In this document: positions 55,746-64,000 of the stretch, one piece after another
Layout of the letters: the number at the start of each line of letters is the position of its first letter
Position numbering within the stretch: position 1 is the first letter of the stretch
From: Somniosus microcephalus
Taxonomy: Eukaryota
Length of the DNA: 64,000 nucleotides
Direction of reading: 5' to 3'
Assembly: GCA_052327205.1 (NCBI GenBank)
Contig: CM126225.1
Span: 21,204,001 to 21,268,000, forward strand
Notes under the pieces: model-generated
What the model was told of the DNA's origin: nothing
The model's input: only the letters and a program-made list of their open reading frames with translations
The model's database searches: none
Translations under genes and position numbers: made by a program

Positions 55746-57012
55746 TCAGTAACTGGGTGTCCTGTTGCAATGTAACTTTAGATTGGACATCATCCACAGG
55801 ACTATGCTGTGGCATAAGGGCAATTTGATTTGTTTTTATACGAACAGCAGAACCTCAATGCCGGTTAAGCTCAAACAGTCCAACCGTCTCCATCACGGTT
55901 CGGAACACGTAGGCATGCAAAGCAAGGACTTCCTTCAGCCTACATACAAGATGCAGGGGCAAGCTGTGGGACAGAATTGTGGCAAAAAAAAATGGAACTG
56001 TTGCAGGGCAGAAAGATTTGTCTAAACCAGCCTGTCACACTGTACCCTGGAAAGAGTAGTCAGCGCGATGGAAAGCATAGTGCTTTGGCAAAGCCCCTGA
56101 TGAGAATTTACATTAAGTAGTGACAGATAAGCCTGGTATGCAGATTTGGAGTTGGATGTCCCGCAAGAAGCTGCCTGCTAAAGGGTATAAGCAGATGTTC
56201 ATTGTGTAGCTGATTGGGAAACTCTGACTTGGGATGGCAGGATCAGTACTTAAATTGGGTTGAAGAGATTCAAGCAGATGCTGGTGAAACTCGGCATCAC
56301 CAACATTGGAACCTCCATTTGATAAGTATAGCATGTAAACCTGTAGTGGTCAGTTGTCCAATGACCAATTAGTCAGAAGATTATAGGTTCAGGCCTACCA
56401 TGGATTTGAGCACATAATCGAGGTGGAGACTACAGTGCAGTCCTGGGGACGGCTGTGTTCTCAAAAGGTGCCGGGCTTCTGACGAGATGTTAAATGAAGA
56501 TAGAAGGATAAGCACGATTTCTTAAGGGTCGAGGTGGCAACAAGATGAAATGTCTAATGATGGAAATTCAGAGACAAGTCAATTCTCTAGAGCAGACTGG
56601 ATATTTCAATATCTATACCAAATAGGGTCACAGGACCTCAGGGCAATGTTGATAATCGAGTGGCCAACTTGGCTCATTATTGAAACCTGACAGAGTAAAC
56701 CAAGAACTGGGAATCTTCCCATTTGGCTCTAAAGCAGCTTACAAGCCATTGCCCCAACGGGTACAGTGATGTTGGCCAGATATGCAACAAGAAGCTTACC
56801 AGTGCACTGTGCTGGTAAAATGGGATTTTGGCTAGTTAAACTCCAGCAGTACACCTGTGCACAAGTGGCTTCTAGGCATTTGGCTCTTGAAAATCTGCAT
56901 CTAAGCGCTCTGTATTTAGGAAGTGGGATTTATTCTTAACTAGAGTGGGTGGGGAAAAAGGAGGAAAGGTAGAAAAAGCATCCACTCACATTGGGTAAGT
57001 AGAAACTGTAGT

Positions 57013-57390
57013 GTAGCACGGTGGCATAGTGGTTAGCACTGTTGCCTCACAGCGCCAGGGACCCGGGTTCAAATCCGGCCTCGGGTGACTGTCTGTCTGT
57101 GTGGAGTTTGCACATTCTCCCCGTGTTTGCGTGGGTTTCCTCCGGGTGCTCCGGTTTCCTCCCACGGTCCAAAGATGTGCGGGTTAGGTTGATTGGCCAT
57201 GACAAAAATTGGCCCTTAGTGTTAGGGGGGATTAAATACGCGGGGTTACGGGGATAGGGCTTGTGTGGGATGGCTGTCGGTGTAGGGACCAGGTGCTAGG
57301 GTTTGGATGATCAGCCATGATCTCGTTGAATGGCGGAGCAGGCTCGAAGGGCCGAATGGCCTACTCCTATCTTCTATGTTTCTATGTATG
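57013..57390 (+). mobile_element. Full-length HE1-type V-SINE with CR1-derived tail
   Basis: A box tggcatagtgg, B box ggttcaaatcc, V domain, tail matching the CR1 3' end at 44510-44590. Confidence 0.88.
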
Positions 57391-58279
57391 TACCTTTAAG
57401 AGAACTACTTTTACAGCTCCTGTATACTGTAGTACCAGCAGTGACCACACCTGTATATAAACCCTGAGTAGGGATCTGTACTGTTAGTTTTTAGACTACC
57501 CTCATCCAGTAAACACCTGTTGATTGTTAATCTGCAGTCTCCGTCTATTTATTGAAGAACACCATACCTTAAGATTCACGGATTTAACAGAAACTTTACT
57601 AGTGTGGATGGCACAGTAGCTTGGTTTCCAGGCTCGAGCATGATGCGTTCCTGTGCATGTCAGACATCTGGCTGACCAGAAAAGTATTTTTATCCATAAA
57701 TTACTGGAAAATAAAATTGCTGCCAAAAACAGTGATTTAATTTGTTCCCCTTCTGCTTGCTACTTGCTTATTTGTAGGTTTCTGATTTGCTTTAAGAATA
57801 TTTTAGACAATTGGATGCAACAATGTGTGAACATTTAAAGTGAGAGGTGCACAAGATTCTTACATTGACAGTATGCTCAAAGTAACTGATGTCAGTGCTG
57901 GTAAGTAATATTTTATCTCCACTAACGTGAAGCACCTTTTCTTCTGCCCCAATATATTTTTCTAACTTCTTGGCCAATGCGATTTTTTTTTATTACTCAC
58001 AGCAGCTGCCCATCCAGTATCTAAAAGAAAACATCCAAATTAATTGGAGCTGGATGTGCGGAGTTTTGTGCTATGAGCGCAATCCCATTTGGATCTGGGC
58101 TGAATCCGCCCACTCATTTCTTGCAAAGTGAAAGAATTTTCATCCGTCAGTCTGGGCTGGATTTGAATCTAGAGATGAAAGGACAACATTCTAACCTATT
58201 TCAGCAACAGCCACCTAACCCCTGGAATTTTACTGAATTGGTTCTTCAATACAACAAATAGTTTTCTTTTAAGCAGGTC

Positions 58280-60137
58280 CTTCTTCTTTGGCAGTCCCTC
58301 GGAACCGAGGATGACTTGCTTTCACATTAAAAATGAGTTCTCAGGTGACTGATGAGTCCAATGCGGGACCTACAGTCTCTGTCACAGGTGGGGCAGACGG
58401 TGGTTGAAGGGGCGGGTGGGTGGGGTGCTTGGGTTGACGTGCACTCCTTGCGCTTGGCTTCCACTTGCTCCCAGCGAAGAGACTCGAGGCGTTCGGTGCC
58501 TTCCCGGATGCTTCTCCTCCACTTTGTGCGGTCTTGGGCCAGGGATTCCCAGGTGTCAGTGGGGATGTTGCACTTTTTCCAAGGAGGCTTTGAGGGTGTC
58601 CTTGAAGCGTTTCCTCTGCCCACCTGGGGCTCTCTTGCCGTGCCGGAGCTCCGAGTAGAGCGCTTGCTTTGGGAGTCTCGTATCAGGCATGCGGACAATG
58701 TGACCCATCCTTCGGAGCTGATTGAGCGTGGTCAGAGCTTCGATGCTGGGGATGTTGGCCTGAGCAAGAACACCGACATTGGTGCGCCTATCCTGCCAAT
58801 GGATTTGCAGGATCTTGCGGAGGCAGCGTTGGTGGTACCTCTCCAGTGCTTTGAGGTGCCTGCTGTACATGGTCCATGTCTCCGAGGCATACAGCAGGGC
58901 AGGTATCACTGCTGCCCTGTAGACCATGAGCTTAGTGCCAGGTTTGAGGTCCTGGTCTTCAAACACTCTCTTCCTCAGGCGACCGAAAGCTGCACTGGCC
59001 CACTGAAGGCGGTGTTGGACTTCGTCGTCGACATCTGCCCTGGTTGACAGTAGGCTCCCGAGGTATGGAAAGTGGTCCATGTTGTCCAAGGCCTTGTTGT
59101 GGATTTTGATAATCGGGGGGCAGTACTGTGTGACGGGGGTAGGTTGGTAGAGGACCTTTGTCTTACGGATGTTTAGTGTAAGGCCTATGCTCTCGTATGC
59201 TTCGGTGAAGGTGTTTACGATGGTTTGGAGTTCGACCTCAGTGAGCGCAGACGCAAGCATGGTCTGCATACTGTAATTCGACGACAGGAGGATGGGACGA
59301 CCTTGGTTCTGGACTGGAGGCGACGGAGGTTGAACAGTTTCCCGTTTGTTCTGTAAATTAGCTCCACTCCAGTGGGGAGCTTACTGATGGCGAGATGGAG
59401 CATTGCAGCAAGGAAGATTGAGAAGAGCGTTGGTGCGATGACACAGCCTTGCTTGACCCCGGTTCGTACGTGAATTGGGTCTGTGGTGGAACCGTTGGCC
59501 AGGATCACGGCTTGCATGTCGTCGTGAAGCAGGCGGAGGATAGTGACAAACTTTTGAGGGCAGCCGAATTTGAGGACACTCCATAATCCCTCACGGTTGA
59601 CAGTGGCGAAGGCCTTTGTGAGATCAAAGGCGGCCATGTACAGTGGTTGGTGCTGTTCCCTGCATTTCTCTTGTAATTGACGTGCGGTGAAGATCATCTC
59701 CATTGTGCCTTAGTGGGCAGAATCCGCATTGCGACTCTGGGAGGAGCTCTTCGGCCACTGGGAGAAGGTGATTGAGGAGGCTTCTTGCAATGACTTTCCC
59801 TGTGGCTGATAGCAGGGAAACTCCTCTGTAATTACCGCAATCGGACTGGTCACCTTTCTTGAAGATGGTCACAATTACGACGTCCGAGATCCCCGGCATG
59901 CTCTCCTTCCAGATAAGAGAAATGAGTTCATGAATTCGCGCCAGTAGTGCTTCTCCGCTATGCTTTAGTGCCTCGGCGGGGATTTCCATCTGCTCGAGGC
60001 CTTATTGTTCTTCAGTTGTCGGATGGCCTTTTCAACCTCATGCCAGGCTGGGGTTGTGTTGAGATGGTGGCGGGTAGCATGCTGTGGGATGGAGTTGAGG
60101 ACACTCGTGTCAAAGACAGAGTCGTGGTTAAGGAGAT
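58280..60137 (-). mobile_element. 5'-truncated RTE-clade LINE (RT and C-terminal C2H2), frameshifted
   Basis: NYRGVSLLS, FDLTKAF, TGVKQGCVIAPTLF, FPYLGS, CPTCDRDCRSRIGLISHLRTH; (GAA)n tail. Confidence 0.93.
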
Positions 60138-61123
60138 TTTTTTTTTTTTTTTTTAATTGTACTAGAGTAGCCACATTTTTGTAACTTTGCCAACATGCAA
60201 CAAAAACCTCAACACAAAGTCAAATGCAGTGTTGTTACTATGGTAGTGTTAGATTACATTAGCTGTGAATAGAAAACATCACCTCACCACAATACAGACT
60301 AAGGTAACTACTGTCCTTAAAACTTGCTAAAAGATCAGATTTCAACCTGCATTTCACAGCTATAGTTGTAAATTTTATAGCTGATCCAAGCAGCTTCCGG
60401 AGCCAAGAAATACGACCCACAAAGATACGAATGTCAAGAACTACAATGTTCAGTCACTGTCAGATTGAATGGTATTACAATCAGGTGGCACACTATCTCA
60501 TTGCAACATAGACAGGAATATATTCTGTTCGGAAATTAGGAAAGAAAGGAATAAACGGGGGGGGGGGGGGGGGGGGGGAAGGAGGGAGAAGGGAGAGAAA
60601 ATATAAATGCAATCCTCCCCCCAAAAATATGAAAAATAGGGTCAAGCTGCAAGTGCCAAAATCTCTGATACAAACCCTTGTAGCGCTAAAATATTATATA
60701 TTGAAACAGTCAGGTGCATTTTCACCCCCTCCACATACCATGGTGCTCAAGATAACTGGTTTCCAGGCCTTAGCCAATGTAATTCTGAAACCAATCTGCA
60801 GGGGGTGCTGGGCCAAGACTGGATCGGCTGATTTTCACTTCCTCCTTGTGGGGAAGCACCCGAATTTTAATTGGCTCTTTCTATAATTAGGATGATGCTG
60901 CTCAGGATTGTGGAGATCACGAAGTCAGTGCACAGTTCCAGGGTGCGGGTGGGGGATGACCAATTTTAAAATCCATCAACACTCAAATTTAATCAACATA
61001 ATCCAACAAAATAAGTCAAGACAATTTGTTTTTAATGTGAAGACCTAACAATCAGTGTTAGGCGAGTCTCTGGAAATGCATACACACAATACCATTACTG
61101 TTTAAATTTGCATGAAGACAGTA

Positions 61124-61290
61124 CGAGATAAAAACAGAAGACTGGAAATATGCAGGTCAGGCATCATCTGTGGAGAGAGAAACAGAGTTAACGTTTCTCT
61201 CTCCCCTCAGATGCTGCCTGACCTGTTGAGTATTTCCAGCATTTTCTATTTTTATTTCAGATTGCCAGCATCCGCAGTATTTTGCTTTTG
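61124..61290. repeat. Palindromic head-to-head Penelope pseudo-LTR fragments
   Basis: caggtcaggcatcatctg..gagagagaaac / gtttctctctc..cagatgctgcctgacctg mirrored about gagttaac. Confidence 0.75.
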
Positions 61291-64000
61291 TATTAGTACG
61301 AAGAGATGTTCGATTATGGATTATAAAATAATCTGTGTTCAAATGTGCATAGCCATAAGGGTTTGGATACCAGAAGTATAACAATGTTCTGATTAAAAAT
61401 AAAACAAAGCAGCAGTTCTGGAGGATTTTACATACAAAACTTGGTTTACAGGAATGGGAGGGTATGTGTTAATGTAAATATTTTAATATTGCTAGTAGCA
61501 GAACCTGTGTCAACAACTGATCAAACTACCATGGGATTTTAAGACTTAGTTGATCTGTTCACAGATGGAGACCAAAGATCATAGATCATAAAATAAATTC
61601 CCCCAGGCAAGTTAACATTTTTCATGTCTAATTGGACAGTTTAATTCTGACAACTGATAACAAACACTAACCAAATACCACACATCCATTGTGTTGTGCA
61701 ATTTCTGGGCCACACGTTTTACATGCTGCATATTCTCATCCATCATTTACCACAGATCTTTTTCAAAGCAAGGAGACACATCTTGCATATTGCGAGACAT
61801 AACCAAGAAGTTATCATGGATTTAACCCTGGTGGATGCTGGAAGCAACAAGATTGAGAAATTGTAGAAGGGTAGCAGCAGATCATCGAGTTCCATAGCTT
61901 AATGCATGTTCCAACAATCCAGTAAGTGATTAGGTGAGCATTTGGATTCCTGCAGGCAAGCGACCTAGCCCCGGACAATGAGTGTCTAGCAGCTAGTACT
62001 GGCTCAGCCCCAGCAGCTCTGCTCCAATCTTCTATGATCTAACAAACCAGCTTAATCTCCCCTCATCTTCTGCTGGAGGTGTAGCCACATGGCATCCCAC
62101 CTCTGATCACCTCACCCAGTTAAACAACCTTTTTTCTCCATCTCCAATTTTTTTGTTTTTTTTAATAACTAGTCAAGTGTTCAAAAAGTGAAAAAAAAAA
62201 ACTATTGTTCTATTATTTCTAAAAGAAGCGGTGGTATATGATGGATGTGAATATGTAATGTGTGAAACATTGGTGTGGCCCAGAAATTGTGCAGCACAGT
62301 GGATAACACTCTTTTGGTTAGTATTTGCTAGTGGTTGTCAGAGTTAAACTATCCAATTAGATTGGAGAAAATATCTTTGGTCTACCATGTGAACAGGTCA
62401 ACTAAAATTTAAAATCCCACAGTAGTGAGAGTTGTGGAATGGTTCTTGCTATCAGCCACATCAGCAAAGGAGGACAAAGACACCTTAAGTATAGTTTTGT
62501 CATGAATAAAATGCTGCACAGCAGACCATCCTCATTCAATCCATTAAGCCGAATAGTCTGGCTTTGGACGAGGGAGTTTAAAACCAGACAGCTGGATTGT
62601 TTCTAGTGTTGTAGTATTTTAACTTGGGCAGATGTACAAACTCTGAAGTTGTTTGACAAAACAGAAAAATCAGAAATGGGATCTCAAAAAAACCTCATGT
62701 CAGGTTGCTCCACAGCTGACCATAGGTATATACAACCCCACAATTCAGTTCAGTAGCTGTGTAGTAGAATATAGGAAATGCCAATTTGTGCAGCAGAGCT
62801 AGGTATTGAACATCTGGTGCAGCAGGGCATCTGCTCAAATAAGAATTGTAAAATACATACAGGACAAAAAAAAAAAAATCTAAAATCAAATGCAACCTCC
62901 ATAAAAAGGGGTCTGATTCTTGCAGATAAGCCGGTTAAAATTTGTAGCCTTCTCTTCTCAATCCCTAGAATCTTTGAATAGAGATGAAATGCAGATGCTT
63001 GATCTCCATCATGCTGCTTTATCAAGTTGAAGTCGGGAGTCAGATAACTTCCCTTCAGGAAATGGTTTGCAAGGATTGGGGGGGGGGGGGGGGGGGGGAA
63101 AGCGAAGAGGGAATGAGGAATGGTGTTGGTTGCATGGGAAAGTCAGTCCTGGAGCATTAACAAACCTGCCAGCTGGCCACAGCACAACATGGATGAAAAC
63201 ATTAATGGCCATCTCCAGTCCATGCAGTCACACTGCATAGCACAAAACATGAAATATGGAGGGTCTCTCCCTCGCCACATCTATACAATGAGTCCTTTCA
63301 CTTCAGTGATAGGCCTGCCACTGGCAAAAAGGAAACCTACTTCTTTGACCAAGCTTTTGGTCATATACCCCAATATCTCATGTAGCTCTGTCAAATTTTG
63401 TTTGCCAACGCTACTGTGAAGTGCCTTGGGATGTTTTACTATGTTAAAGACGCGATATAAATACAAGTTGTTGTTGAAAGTAGTGCAAAGGATATACAAA
63501 CAAGGACTGTTGGGTCAGATACACATTGGTAACAGAAAGTCCACTGTATGTCAGACGAGGAGCAAAACCTGGGTTGTTCCACTCCTGTATATGTCTGCAG
63601 GCATCAGTGCACGAAGTGCAAGTGCTTGAATGTTGATTTTGCTTAAAGAAAATTGAAACTAATTGAAGAGTTATTCCATTGAGACCTTAATCCCTTGGGA
63701 ACAAAGCACAAAATATCTGCAGTGGAAATTGGCACTTTTATTTTTATATTTTCTGAAATGAACCTACTTCTTAAAAAAAAACACACAAAATCCACACGCG
63801 AAACACAGCTCATGTGGTCAATACATTTGTCCAAGCTTAATGTTCTGAAACGTATGTACAATGTCAACCAAACCCCCAAAATAGTGTCTATAAGACAAAA
63901 TAATTCTACATCAAAGATACACTTCCAGGCCAATTCAAATCTTTAAATACAAAACTGGTGTTACATTAACCAATTTGGTCAGCAATTTACTCATAACATT

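Noticed and set aside
57568-57703. Minus-strand exon-like segment with AG/GT ends and one open frame
   Set aside because: No recognisable homology and no partner exons; compatible with chance.
58352-59047. 231-aa + strand ORF
   Set aside because: It is the antisense shadow of the RTE RT frame.

Overview
Vertebrate genomic DNA, most likely from a cartilaginous fish (inferred from HE1-type V-SINEs, a Deu-domain SINE of the SacSINE1 type, and abundant CR1 and Penelope-like repeats). It holds two convergent genes. The first is the last three coding exons of SMARCD2 (+, 8754-13997) with an apparent ~6 kb 3'UTR. The second is PSMC5 (-), whose 11 coding exons at 46118-20757 give a clean 398-aa frame with one GC-AG intron; its candidate upstream exons lie at 47370-47455 and ~54073, next to a CpG-rich region and a 29-bp minisatellite. 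Introns are dense with CR1, L2 and RTE LINEs, SINEs, Penelope-like (GIY-YIG) elements carrying minimal hammerhead ribozyme motifs, and three MITE classes (TA, 3-bp and 8-bp TSDs). The most unusual object is a ~3.27 kb retroelement at 38691-41958. It appears to have inserted as one unit, has a tRNA-derived A/B-box head joined directly to an APE-RT frame with no ORF1, and almost lacks T4 runs on its sense strand, so it is a candidate Pol III-driven protein-coding LINE. Most ORFs in the supplied track are repeat fragments or noise. All calls were made by eye; no database searches were run.
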